Assembly (NCBI GenBank): GCA_905181715.1
Contig: CAJIYT010000022.1
Location: forward strand, 26,466-90,465
Reading direction: 5' to 3'
DNA: 64,000 nucleotides
DNA from: an uncultured Candidatus Poseidoniales archaeon
GTDB lineage: Archaea; Thermoplasmatota; Poseidoniia; Poseidoniales; Poseidoniaceae
Below, one piece after another: positions 9,383 through 24,352 of the stretch. The notes beneath the pieces are model-generated. The model searched no databases, was not told where the DNA came from, and saw only the letters and a list, made by a program, of their open reading frames with translations. Position 1 is the stretch's first letter. Every line of letters begins with the position of its first letter. The translations under genes and the position numbers were made by a program.

Positions 9383-11905
9383 TCAATCCTGACGCTCGCC
9401 GGGCAGGGGTTCATCATCTGACTCATTATACGTGATCACTGATTTTGCTGATGATAGTTTTGTTATTTGCAACAGAAGGTTATCGACCAATTTCGGCCCC
9501 CACCCACGTAATGATTTCAGACGCGATAAATCCGTGGAACCCAATTCTAGTAACTCCTTTGGACTTCTAACTCCAAAGCCGGCCAAGGTTCGCGCCCGAG
9601 CTCGCCCTATACCTTTTACAGCCACTAAATCGAGTAGATCTTCGCGACAGCCAGCAGATATTCGTAGCCGTAATTTGTCTAGGAATTTTGCTAACTCCTG
9701 AACTGTTTCATCGTGTTGATCAGCAAAAACATCATCAGTAAGCAGTAACTCACGTGCTGCGTACATAAGCCATCTGAGTAATTCTACGCGGTGGTGAACA
9801 TCTCCCGGAGTAACTCCAATCAACTTCTCTATATCTCGCAACTCACATTCTTCATACCATTTCTCAATACACCAAGCACTCTTCACCAAGCCCAAATGCC
9901 CTTCTTCAAGAACCGTGTCGTGGAGAATCTCTTCTGTCATCAATGCTGCCTTGAGCCTTAGATCACTACCCTGCACCATATCCGAGGCTTTTGCCCAAAA
10001 GGAAGGGAAATCGGGGGTTGCAGCAGCGAGATGCACCAAACCAAATTCACTTACTGGGGCATGGCCTCTCACTTTTCTACGAATCGAACGACGTAAGCCT
10101 TTGAGAAGGATTGCCGCAGAAAGAGGGTCCAAGTATAATTGAGCAACCATTTTCCCCATTTGAGTTGCTTCGTAAGTAGATGCTAGAATCCGATGATGCT
10201 CGGAATAATGGTTTCCGACCGGACGACTGCTGGCTTTTGTAAAGCCAAAAGTAACCGGTGAACTCGAGTTCTCAACTAAATTAATCCCAGTTGCAGAAGA
10301 GGCAACGTCGGCCCAAATAGGCATATCATCAGACCAATTTTCTGTTAGATCAGGTAGTGAATCAACCAAATCTTCGTCAACACCAGTGCCTCTGATGAAC
10401 CGTTCCTCGACAAGCCAAGATAGGTTTTTATCGATGATTTCCGACAATCCAACCGACGGATAGGTCATTCCGAGAAAGGTCGAAGAAAAGAACTCCCCAA
10501 TCTCATGTCTTGAGCGAAGACCACCAGTAGCTATCATGGAAAGAAGATGGAAACGCAATGCTGGTTCGGCTGATAGTTTTGAAACTACATTTTCGACATC
10601 ACCATGGATATATCTTTCAGCGATATTGTCAGCGGTTTCGAGGCGATCTGCACCACGTGATAGAATCCAGGCTTGACCTTGATCATCATATCCGGGACGA
10701 CCTGCTCTGCCAAGCATCTGCCTAACTTCCATTACCGATATCAAACGGTTAAATCCATCTTGATACCTCTTGATATCCCTAACCAAGACCCTTCTAGCGG
10801 GTAGGTTTACCCCCGCTGCCAATGTTGGTGTTGCCACCAATCCAGCGAGATCTCCGCTCTTGAATGATGACTCGATTACCTTGCGCTGTGTGGTGGTTAA
10901 TCCAGCGTGATGGAAAGCGACACCACCCAATACCGCTTTAGCCAGAATATCACCCATTACTGATGATGAGGAACGGGATAATTTATCTGATAATTCTTGT
11001 AAGTTCGTCTTCCTCTCATCTGTGAGATGCTTAATCATACGTTCTGCCAATTTCCTCGCTTCTGATTGTGCACTCTTACGAGTGGAAACGAATACCAATA
11101 ACTGGCCGCCCTGTTCATCGACATCTTTGAGCGCTGCCCAAGTGGGCATGCTTTTTGGACCAGATAATTTACGCGGAGCAGACAATGCTGACGAGTCGGT
11201 TATCAGAGCGCTCTGTTGTATTGCTCTCGGTTCTAAATCCAATTCAGCCAGTGTCGAATACTCTAAACTAACCGGGCGCCATGATGAAACTATCAAATCC
11301 GCATCGAGCCATTTAGCCAATTCCTCGCCATTACCCACTGTAGCAGAGAGAGCAATCAACTGAGCAAGAGGCCTTATAGATTTGAGGCGCGTCAGATTAA
11401 TCTCTAAAGTCGGTCCCCGACTAGTATCGTTGAGTAAATGGAATTCATCGGCGACGATTACAGATACATCGGCAACGATATCTGGCCTATTACGCATTAA
11501 TGAATCGAGTTTTTCTGAGGTACAGACGATTATATCGGCATTACCGACATTGCGAGACTCCCCTGTAGCATCGCCTGTCCCAAGACCAACTGTAAGACCA
11601 ACTGCGTCTGCTAATTGTGAGAGATCATCATATTTCTCTGAGGCTAAAGCCTTTAGTGGCACGATATAAACCGCTCTGCTTCCTTTATCGGTAACCAATA
11701 GACGTTTCATAATCCCTAGAAATGCGACCAAACTCTTGCCACTGGCCGTGGGAATGCAGACCATGGTGTTTTTTCCTGATAAAATCGAATCTAGAGCTTT
11801 GGCCTGAGGGGGGTATAGTTCTTTTATCCCCCATGATTTAGCCACGAATTCTCCCACGTGTGGAGGTAGGTTCAGCGCAGAAATACTACGTTCTGGGCCA
11901 TCCAT
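9383..11905 (-). CDS. hel308: Ski2-like SF2 DNA helicase Hel308/Hjm
   Basis: PTASGKS, DEFH, LSAT, FHHAGL, TPTLAAGVNLPA, QMLGRAGRPGYD, C-terminal HhH (VKGIGRARAR). Confidence 0.95.
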   Translation of the reverse strand: MDGPERSISALNLPPHVGEFVAKSWGIKELYPPQAKALDSILSGKNTMVCIPTASGKSLVAFLGIMKRLLVTDKGSRAVYIVPLKALASEKYDDLSQLADAVGLTVGLGTGDATGESRNVGNADIIVCTSEKLDSLMRNRPDIVADVSVIVADEFHLLNDTSRGPTLEINLTRLKSIRPLAQLIALSATVGNGEELAKWLDADLIVSSWRPVSLEYSTLAELDLEPRAIQQSALITDSSALSAPRKLSGPKSMPTWAALKDVDEQGGQLLVFVSTRKSAQSEARKLAERMIKHLTDERKTNLQELSDKLSRSSSSVMGDILAKAVLGGVAFHHAGLTTTQRKVIESSFKSGDLAGLVATPTLAAGVNLPARRVLVRDIKRYQDGFNRLISVMEVRQMLGRAGRPGYDDQGQAWILSRGADRLETADNIAERYIHGDVENVVSKLSAEPALRFHLLSMIATGGLRSRHEIGEFFSSTFLGMTYPSVGLSEIIDKNLSWLVEERFIRGTGVDEDLVDSLPDLTENWSDDMPIWADVASSATGINLVENSSSPVTFGFTKASSRPVGNHYSEHHRILASTYEATQMGKMVAQLYLDPLSAAILLKGLRRSIRRKVRGHAPVSEFGLVHLAAATPDFPSFWAKASDMVQGSDLRLKAALMTEEILHDTVLEEGHLGLVKSAWCIEKWYEECELRDIEKLIGVTPGDVHHRVELLRWLMYAARELLLTDDVFADQHDETVQELAKFLDKLRLRISAGCREDLLDLVAVKGIGRARARTLAGFGVRSPKELLELGSTDLSRLKSLRGWGPKLVDNLLLQITKLSSAKSVITYNESDDEPLPGERQD

Positions 11906-12012
11906 GGAATACCACGACAGTCAACAGTCCAAAAGGTCAACGCATGGATTGTCAAAATCTCAATTGGAATCAATCGACATGCTCAAGGAGTCAACACCAC
12001 TGTAACAACCTC

Positions 12013-12669
12013 ATGGGCGATGAACCATCTGCTGTTGATGACCGACTCTCGGTATTCGAAGATGAACCTGATTTGAACGATTGGTTCGAGGTTATTTGTG
12101 GTTCAGCAATGGCTGTAATAGGTATTTTCCAACTGATATCACCTGGTGATTTAGTAGATCAAGATGTGATGCGATGGTTCGCTGCGGCCGTGGTTTGTGC
12201 TGGTGCAGCATGGGCTGGCCACGGACTGAAGGATATGGCGGTCAAAGAAGTCCGTAAGTCAATAGTAATGCTTGAACTGGGTAAGAAGCAAGGTAGTGTC
12301 GACCACGGACTTATCCGCGATGTTCTACTTCACCCTGAAGCATACCAAGATTTCCTCCTCACAGAATATGAGAAGGCTTTCTCTGATGGCGTTATTACCG
12401 ACGAAGAACTAGATGAACTCAAGACTTTCCAAAGAGCACTTGGAATCAGTGACCAAGCAGGGGCAGAGATGGCTCTCAATGCAGCGATTAAGTCGGCATT
12501 AGATGATGGTCACGTAACAGATACTGAAGCAGTTATGCTAGAGAAGGCAGCAAAGAATGCTGGAATCGACAAAGAGGGTGTAAAGAAGTTACACGATGCT
12601 CTCTCTGACGGTGTTCTCGACGAAGAGGATAAGAAACTCCTCGAAGAATTACTTTCAGAAGAGGAATGA
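12013..12669 (+). CDS. Membrane protein with TerB-like/EF-hand-like acidic repeats
   Basis: Two TMs followed by three DG(V/H)(I/V/L)(T/D)xxE motifs; start trimmed to ATG 12013. Confidence 0.65.
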   Translation: MGDEPSAVDDRLSVFEDEPDLNDWFEVICGSAMAVIGIFQLISPGDLVDQDVMRWFAAAVVCAGAAWAGHGLKDMAVKEVRKSIVMLELGKKQGSVDHGLIRDVLLHPEAYQDFLLTEYEKAFSDGVITDEELDELKTFQRALGISDQAGAEMALNAAIKSALDDGHVTDTEAVMLEKAAKNAGIDKEGVKKLHDALSDGVLDEEDKKLLEELLSEEE

Positions 12670-12672
12670 TAA

Positions 12673-14688
12673 TCAATTCCATTTAGAGATAACAATCTCT
12701 TGGAATAGGTTACGTGCGGTTCTTCGCCTTAGCCTCTCTAATGTAATGGCAGCAATACTTGCTATTACACCAAAGATGAATATTACGCGAAATGATTCAA
12801 CCAAGCCGTTGACTGGCTTTACTCCAGATGAAGAAGGCGTTTCAAAAGAATTCGGCGGGTCGCTGAATTGTATATCGGTTTGCAAAACATCCAAAGTACA
12901 ATCACAAAGAGAAAACACTCTTTTCAAGGGATATAGAGCTTGTTGGAATCCAGTCCAATCAGACTCAGAGATATCGCTAGGACGTGTTGCCCAAATTGGA
13001 GCAGTGCTAGGACCTGCTGCTTTGGTTTTCACCATATCAAGATCTAGGTGAACAACAGATGAATCTGGTACTTTATCCACGATGAGCAACGATTCAAGCA
13101 TTATCAAATCGAGAACGATGGCCCTTCCGGCTAATAAGATGAAGTTTACAGTATGTTCGTCAAGCAAACCGTCTGCAGTCGTACTAGCGCCATTATCCCT
13201 AGCAGCAGAAAATATAATTTGTTCTAGATCTAAACCATCAAATTCGGTTGAATGCAATTGCCAGCGCCCATCTTCTAGTGGATAGGCAGCATCAACTTCC
13301 ATCCGCAAGCGTAGAGTTCCACCATCCATTATCCCCCACGTAGAGCCTGAGTGCACAGCATAGGTCGATTCAGGAGTATCTGGGTGAGAGACATCCCATA
13401 ATTGTTGTAACCTAGCAGATATCAAATCATCGAGTGTAGATTCATCGTCTTGTTGGACTTCACCTGCTATAGACCAAAGTGGTTGGAGGATGCCGCCAAG
13501 AATTATTAATAAAATCCCTGGAACAAATAGTCCCAATCTTAGACCCATCGATGTCGTTTGATGACGTAATTCAATCACTAATCCCAAAAGCAGCAATATC
13601 GCTAATAGCAGCAATATTGAGTGCCCAGATGAAGATATTTCCTCGCTTTGAGATATATCACCGATGAGAACTGCTCCAGCAGGATACATTACATCACCAT
13701 CAAAACCACCAGGATCGGTCGATCCAAGGACTTCATAGGACAATTGTCCAATCCAAGAATATGGCTGAAAAGAGCCACTTTCCCCAGCTAAGCAAAAAGT
13801 GTAAGAACCCAATGGCAAATCCCGCCATTGCATTTTCACCCGCACTACGCTATCCTCAGATTCTGTAATTACATCTGGTGAACGGGCTTGTTTCCCATCT
13901 GCCATATAAAGATCAAATTGGTTATGTTTTTGCGCTATTTCGGTTGGAACTTCATCCCAGTCGATGATAATACTCATAATCTCATGGTCATCTACTTCAA
14001 ATTTCCAACAATCACGATCATTTTCCAATAGAGCGCCTTCATGGAAATCTGACAGAAAGCTTTCAACTGGTGCTGCGTAACTCGAGGGTTCGTCGACGTT
14101 ACGTGAATTCATATCTTCTGACCAAGCAATATCCAGCTCAAAAAAGGTTGAACCGCGTAATCTTATCTCCCAATCACCGGGCGACTCAATAGTTAATTCT
14201 AGGATGATTCTAACATCATCTCCAGGCCATAATATTCTTTGATCACCTAAATTTAAGGCACCATCTTCAACCCGATACGGTTCTACACTTGGAGATGGGG
14301 TTTGTGACCCCTCAAAGGAAACCAATGTATTCGTATTACCGATAATAATGGTAGCATCTAGTTCAGGACGCCATTCTCCGCCTGCGTTCGACACCATTTT
14401 CAAATCTATTTCCAGTATTTCATAATTCTCAGGAAGTAAAACCACTTGTTCTTGAGGTGCCATCATCAAGAATTCTAAAATCACGGTCTGTGGAGTAACG
14501 GGGGATGCTTGCGTAACTGTTCCAGTAATCATTTCCTCACCGGTTGGAACTGGAGTAAGGCTACATTCATCATCATCGAAGCAAGAGAAGAGTAATCTCT
14601 GTTCATCATCTGCTTCAGAAAGGGATGCTCCTGCCACATCAAAGACCAACAATAGTAGTGAAAGTACTACCATGGTCTGCAGACGCAT
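12673..14688 (-). CDS. Hypothetical secreted/membrane protein
   Basis: 671 aa; signal peptide, acidic beta-rich ectodomain, internal TM pair and a C-terminal TM. Confidence 0.75.
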   Translation of the reverse strand: MRLQTMVVLSLLLLVFDVAGASLSEADDEQRLLFSCFDDDECSLTPVPTGEEMITGTVTQASPVTPQTVILEFLMMAPQEQVVLLPENYEILEIDLKMVSNAGGEWRPELDATIIIGNTNTLVSFEGSQTPSPSVEPYRVEDGALNLGDQRILWPGDDVRIILELTIESPGDWEIRLRGSTFFELDIAWSEDMNSRNVDEPSSYAAPVESFLSDFHEGALLENDRDCWKFEVDDHEIMSIIIDWDEVPTEIAQKHNQFDLYMADGKQARSPDVITESEDSVVRVKMQWRDLPLGSYTFCLAGESGSFQPYSWIGQLSYEVLGSTDPGGFDGDVMYPAGAVLIGDISQSEEISSSGHSILLLLAILLLLGLVIELRHQTTSMGLRLGLFVPGILLIILGGILQPLWSIAGEVQQDDESTLDDLISARLQQLWDVSHPDTPESTYAVHSGSTWGIMDGGTLRLRMEVDAAYPLEDGRWQLHSTEFDGLDLEQIIFSAARDNGASTTADGLLDEHTVNFILLAGRAIVLDLIMLESLLIVDKVPDSSVVHLDLDMVKTKAAGPSTAPIWATRPSDISESDWTGFQQALYPLKRVFSLCDCTLDVLQTDIQFSDPPNSFETPSSSGVKPVNGLVESFRVIFIFGVIASIAAITLERLRRRTARNLFQEIVISKWN

Positions 14689-14719
14689 GACTCGTGACTT
14701 TAGCCATCATTGATGAGTC

Positions 14720-15253
14720 CTACGTAGTATTGGTTACATCTTGCAATACTTTGCCACATTTTCGACATTGGTAACGACCATTGCTCCGCCTTTGACGATA
14801 ATGTGAAACGCTACACTTCGCACAACGCCAAATCCACTGTGCACGATTTTCAGACATTTCTGTGGTAAATGAACGGCCCATCTCTTTGGCCTCTTTACTT
14901 GGCCAAAGTGATTCTAAACTGTAGAAAGCTGAATCGTGTTTGATATTTCCCAAAGCGTGCAAATACTCATGAAACAATACTTTAGCACCATATGCCAACC
15001 ATTTTTCGGTTAGCAATTGTGGGTGTAAATCGATAGTGTCTACCTTTTTAGAAACTAAAGGAGGGCTACTGCCTAGCTTCCATCTAGTAACTCCATGCCG
15101 CCGTGTAGCATTACTTCGCAGCACTCCGAGCGTGATTGGCTTCAGTTCTGCTAATTCGCTTGAACTCCATATATCCAATGTTGCCATCACTTCAAAAACA
15201 ATGTTCCTGATGTCTTCAAGCCCTCGACTTTGAGTTTGGTTTGCTTTTACCAC
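14720..15253 (-). CDS. SprT-like zinc metalloprotease with C-terminal zinc ribbon
   Basis: HEYLH + KHDSAF (HExxH..H) and CAKC..CRKC. Confidence 0.75.
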   Translation of the reverse strand: MVKANQTQSRGLEDIRNIVFEVMATLDIWSSSELAELKPITLGVLRSNATRRHGVTRWKLGSSPPLVSKKVDTIDLHPQLLTEKWLAYGAKVLFHEYLHALGNIKHDSAFYSLESLWPSKEAKEMGRSFTTEMSENRAQWIWRCAKCSVSHYRQRRSNGRYQCRKCGKVLQDVTNTT

Positions 15254-15257
15254 GGCC

Positions 15258-15722
15258 TCACGACCAACGGTGATAGGCAGGATGACCTTCTTTTACCGCT
15301 ACAAAAAGGCCTTTACCAGTGGCGCAAAGCTTCCCTTCTGCCATCAGCAACATCGATATCTCTGCTCGATCATCACTCAGAGATTCAACTTGGGAGGTAA
15401 TGTGTAGTTCACAACCGTGCGGTGTGGGTCGACGTAATTTTATCTCATAAGAGGCAGTGACAGTACAAGGTGGTTCAACTGCACCATCCTTGTCCATTAA
15501 TGCAACAGCTGCAGTCCAATTGCCATGACAATCAAGAAGAGTACCGATTATACCTCCATTTACCATTCCAGGGAATGCCTGATGTTCTTGTTCAGGAGTA
15601 TAACGTAACTCTAAACCGTTTTCAATACGATAGGAGTCGATTTGCAAACCTTTCTCGTTAGCTGGACCGCAGCCAAAACAAATCGATGTTGCTGCAAATT
15701 GTCTTTGTACACCATCTGCCAT
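15258..15722 (-). CDS. PaaI family hotdog thioesterase
   Basis: CFGCGPAN.KGL, HQAFPGMVNGGIIGTLLD, VTA...LRRPTP. Confidence 0.88.
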   Translation of the reverse strand: MADGVQRQFAATSICFGCGPANEKGLQIDSYRIENGLELRYTPEQEHQAFPGMVNGGIIGTLLDCHGNWTAAVALMDKDGAVEPPCTVTASYEIKLRRPTPHGCELHITSQVESLSDDRAEISMLLMAEGKLCATGKGLFVAVKEGHPAYHRWS

Positions 15723-15795
15723 GGCCTTTGGATTGTAAGGTAGTGCATCATCATGCCGCCATCACCTTGATTGCATACTGAATGATGGCAGGGCT

Positions 15796-17118
15796 GTGGC
15801 CAAGAAGAAACGGACCGTGCGCATTGCCCATGAATTGCCACGTGACCGTAGAATAGCCATCAAAAAAGCCCTTGAAGATCATGAAACCGAAACTCGTTCT
15901 GACTGGGACAGAGAAAATGAGTGGAAGCAAATTCGCTTTTGCCGTAAAATCATCAAACCAGGTCAATTACGAACCGTAGAAATGCCCTTACTCAATGTCT
16001 CTCTTGGCGATAAATGGCCAATTTCAGTGACTATAATTCATGGTAAAAGACCGGGACCTGTCGTCACAATTCTCGGAGCGATTCACGGTGATGAACTAAC
16101 CGGGACAAGTGCTTGTACCAATCTTTTGTCACCAAAGTTCACTGGTCCAGAGGGTTCCCTAAACCCCAATACCGTCGCAGGTACTATTCGTATCGTCCCC
16201 GTAGTCAATCTGCCGGGATATCGAGAAAAGTCACGTTACTTCCCTGATGGCAGAGATTTGAATCGGAATTTTCCGGGAAGATCTAAGGGTAGTACTACAA
16301 GTCGTGTTGCCAGTCAATTATGGCATAATCTGATCAAGAGTAGCGATGTGATAATCGATATGCACTCTGCGGCTAAAGGTCGCTCAAATATGCCACAGAT
16401 AAGGGCTGATCTCTCACATCCTGAATCCAATCTATTGGCCAAGGCGTTCGGAATTGAATTGATTCTCGACAGTAGACCTCCAAAGGGTAGTTTGCGACAA
16501 AAGGCCAATGCTAACGACATCGCTTCGATAACATACGAAGGTGGCGGCGCTGATCTACTCGACCAGCAAGCCGTTGGTGTTGCAGTGCACGGTTGCATGA
16601 ATGTTCTAAGAAAATTGAAAGTAATTCCAGGAAACCCACATCGGCCTAAATTCCGATTGAATGCCGGTGGATCGAAATGGTTGAGAGCAGGAGAAGGGGG
16701 GTTGTTAGATATGTTTGTCAAACCGGGTAGCATCGTTGAGCGTGGAGACGTATTAGCAACTATTTCCGACCCAAATAGCCCTGGACTTCTTGTCGATATC
16801 GTCGCTCCTGAAGATGGTTTAATGATTTGTACTGCGACCAATCCATTCGTAACCGCAGGAACTCCAGTCGCACATTTCCTCCCTGTTTCCAAGCACATTG
16901 AATTGATAAAAACCCAAATCGCCACCGATGGGACGTTAATCGTCAGTGGTAGCTTAGGCGAACCGATTTGGCGCGAAGATGATGAGGTCGAAGAAGTCGA
17001 AGTCGGAGGAGAATGGTCTGTTGGTGGTGTTGACGCTGAGTGGAATATTGAAACTGCTGCCGACAATGACGATGATGAAGATGTCGGAGAGACCTCACCT
17101 CAGAAAAGTGCAGTCTGA
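15796..17118 (+). CDS. Succinylglutamate desuccinylase/aspartoacylase (M14) family deacylase
   Basis: AIHGDE, RDLNRNFPG, IDMHS, YEGGG, biotinyl-like C-terminal domain, acidic tail. Confidence 0.88.
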   Translation: MAKKKRTVRIAHELPRDRRIAIKKALEDHETETRSDWDRENEWKQIRFCRKIIKPGQLRTVEMPLLNVSLGDKWPISVTIIHGKRPGPVVTILGAIHGDELTGTSACTNLLSPKFTGPEGSLNPNTVAGTIRIVPVVNLPGYREKSRYFPDGRDLNRNFPGRSKGSTTSRVASQLWHNLIKSSDVIIDMHSAAKGRSNMPQIRADLSHPESNLLAKAFGIELILDSRPPKGSLRQKANANDIASITYEGGGADLLDQQAVGVAVHGCMNVLRKLKVIPGNPHRPKFRLNAGGSKWLRAGEGGLLDMFVKPGSIVERGDVLATISDPNSPGLLVDIVAPEDGLMICTATNPFVTAGTPVAHFLPVSKHIELIKTQIATDGTLIVSGSLGEPIWREDDEVEEVEVGGEWSVGGVDAEWNIETAADNDDDEDVGETSPQKSAV

Positions 17119-17129
17119 AACGCTGGTTT

Positions 17130-18383
17130 TCAACTTGAAAAAGAGGCGATTACAGCCTCTAACTCGGAGTCTTCCATCAGACGGCGTTGACTTTTAGCAA
17201 CATCAAAAATATGAGAAACTAGGTCATCGCTTGCTTCAATACCTCGGTTCTCTAACCACCAGACAATATTCGAGCGACCAGACATATGACCGATGCGAAT
17301 CTTTTGTTGCAATCCGAATTCACCGGCAGGGACGCCAGAATAAACTCTATCTGCAAGCCAATGATCACCTTTCTTCATCGCTTTGATGACCGCACTAGCA
17401 TGAACTCCAGTTCCGGTTTCAAAGGCGTCTTTCCCAAAGACTGGATAATTACGTGGAAGAGGTACCTCAATGTATTCATTGGCCTTTTTCATATATTCAT
17501 CGAGTAAGGTTAAATCATTGTTAATAATTCCCATAAGTGAAAAGTTAACTAAAGTTTGATCCAATGGTGCATTGCCTGCCCTCTCACCGATACCTAATGC
17601 AGTACCGTGAATCACATCGGCACCAGCTTCTACCGCTGCGATATTGTTGGCCACACCTAGACCTCTGTCCTGATGCCCGTGCCAATTAACCTCTATCTCT
17701 CGCCTCTGGTAGCCACCGTCTTTAATGACTTCTTCATCGATAAATGAAAGTAATTTCTTGACGCCATTTGGTGTCACATGGCCACAGGTATCGCAAATAC
17801 AGAGCCTGCGTACTCCTAATTCCATAGCGCGATGGTAAATCTTCTTGATATCTTCAGGTTTTGAACGCGTTGTATCTTCGGTGACAAACATCACTGGTAC
17901 ATCATTGTCAACCGCATATGATACTGCCTTTTCCATAGTTGAAAGCAGTTTATCCATTGTCCAACCCTCTGCAAATTGGCGGATTGGACTAGTGCCAAGA
18001 AATGCACTCGCTTGAATCTCCATCTCGTATTTGGCTTGTAAATCAACCAAAGGTTCAATGTCACCCATTAAGGTTCTAACCGCACATCCTGGACGAATCG
18101 AATAATCATTCTCCTTGATGTGACCAAGCAATGCTTCGATGTGCTCAAGATGGAATGGTCCTGCTCCTGGTAGTCCAAGGTCTACTTTTTGCATACCCAA
18201 TCTCTCCATGTAAGAGAGTAATTCTATTTTTTCAGGGATGGTAGGATTACGCGCACTTGGGCTTTGTAATCCGTCACGAAGGGTTTCATCATCGAACCAA
18301 ACGCCATGAGGATGGTTTTTGGCATCCCGTGAAAAATCATAATCAACTACATTCCAATCGAATATCAAGTCATTTTCATTCAT
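17130..18383 (-). CDS. leuA: DRE-TIM metallolyase, 2-isopropylmalate synthase-like, without regulatory domain
   Basis: DETLRDGLQS, HGHQDRG, GIGERAGNA, GVHASA. Start trimmed to ATG 18383 after GGTGAG. Substrate uncertain. Confidence 0.7.
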   Translation of the reverse strand: MNENDLIFDWNVVDYDFSRDAKNHPHGVWFDDETLRDGLQSPSARNPTIPEKIELLSYMERLGMQKVDLGLPGAGPFHLEHIEALLGHIKENDYSIRPGCAVRTLMGDIEPLVDLQAKYEMEIQASAFLGTSPIRQFAEGWTMDKLLSTMEKAVSYAVDNDVPVMFVTEDTTRSKPEDIKKIYHRAMELGVRRLCICDTCGHVTPNGVKKLLSFIDEEVIKDGGYQRREIEVNWHGHQDRGLGVANNIAAVEAGADVIHGTALGIGERAGNAPLDQTLVNFSLMGIINNDLTLLDEYMKKANEYIEVPLPRNYPVFGKDAFETGTGVHASAVIKAMKKGDHWLADRVYSGVPAGEFGLQQKIRIGHMSGRSNIVWWLENRGIEASDDLVSHIFDVAKSQRRLMEDSELEAVIASFSS

Positions 18384-18460
18384 CGATAACTCACCTAAAG
18401 GCTGTGCGGCCCATGGGAGGAGAATAGCCTCAACGGTTTGAACCCGTCGGATTTTTCTAC

Positions 18461-23447
<4,987 letters not shown>

Positions 23448-23547
23448 TTAAAAGTGCTAATTAGGCGGTTAAATGTCTCATCTCATCGACTTGATTAATC
23501 GGAGATGGGCCGTAATCGTTAATGAAGCAATCCGAGTCGCCCGAATC

Positions 23548-24342
23548 ATGTCCGGACCCCAAATCTGCGTGTCGCTTGATGGCACATCTCTTGAAAGCAT
23601 CACAGATGAGTCTGCAAGAGCGAACCTCGCTGGCGCTGATATGGTCGAAGTTCGCTTTGATCGCTTATACTTGATTCAGCCCGACCCCACTATATCAGAA
23701 GAAGAAGAGGGAGAGCCTCAGAAACTGCCACCAGAGGACGAATGGGCCTTGAAAGATGTAGAGGAAGTTGAGGTTGAAGCATCGATTAAAGCACTAAAGA
23801 AGGCATTGCCATTACCTGTGGTATTCACTGTCAGACCCGTATCCGAAGGAGGATTCTATCCAGGAATAGAATCCCAAAGATTGGCCATTCTTGAAGCGGC
23901 TATCGAATCTGATGTTTCTTGGATCGACCTCGAACTGAGTATCGAAGATGATGCAAGGTCTTCATTGATGGAAAAAGCCACTGCCAAGGGAATCAAAATT
24001 ATCGCTAGTAAACATGATACCAATGGCATGCCAACACAGCAAGACATCATTGACCTAGTCGCAGAAAATCAAGACAAAGGAGAACTCGTCAAGTTTTGTG
24101 GCACATCTCGTGACCACGGTGATGCTCTGCAAATCGTAAATGCTGCTGAAGAACTAAAAGACAGTGGCCATGGATTCAGCCTTATGTCCCTGAATAATGG
24201 TGGCGATTGGGGCCGACTTCATGCACCGATCTTCAACCAGAATCTCGTTTATGCAACAATGCAAAACGAATTCCGCCTTTCAGATAAGGGCCTAGTAAAT
24301 ATTAGAGACCTCAAAGAAGCGTGGACTCTGCTAGAGTATTAA
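23548..24342 (+). CDS. aroD: Type I 3-dehydroquinate dehydratase
   Basis: ADMVEVRFD, VFTVR..EGG, WIDLE, IIASKHD (His), ELVKF (Schiff-base Lys); acidic insertion near the N-terminus. Confidence 0.85.
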   Translation: MSGPQICVSLDGTSLESITDESARANLAGADMVEVRFDRLYLIQPDPTISEEEEGEPQKLPPEDEWALKDVEEVEVEASIKALKKALPLPVVFTVRPVSEGGFYPGIESQRLAILEAAIESDVSWIDLELSIEDDARSSLMEKATAKGIKIIASKHDTNGMPTQQDIIDLVAENQDKGELVKFCGTSRDHGDALQIVNAAEELKDSGHGFSLMSLNNGGDWGRLHAPIFNQNLVYATMQNEFRLSDKGLVNIRDLKEAWTLLEY

Positions 24343-24352
24343 TCTAGCTGAG

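Noticed and set aside
11915-11996. Recurrent GTCAA/TCAA words in the hel308 divergent promoter region
   Set aside because: Short and irregularly spaced; cannot be distinguished from chance without comparative data.
16314-17066. 250-aa antisense ORF
   Set aside because: Lies wholly opposite the well-supported M14 deacylase; shadow ORF with no motifs.
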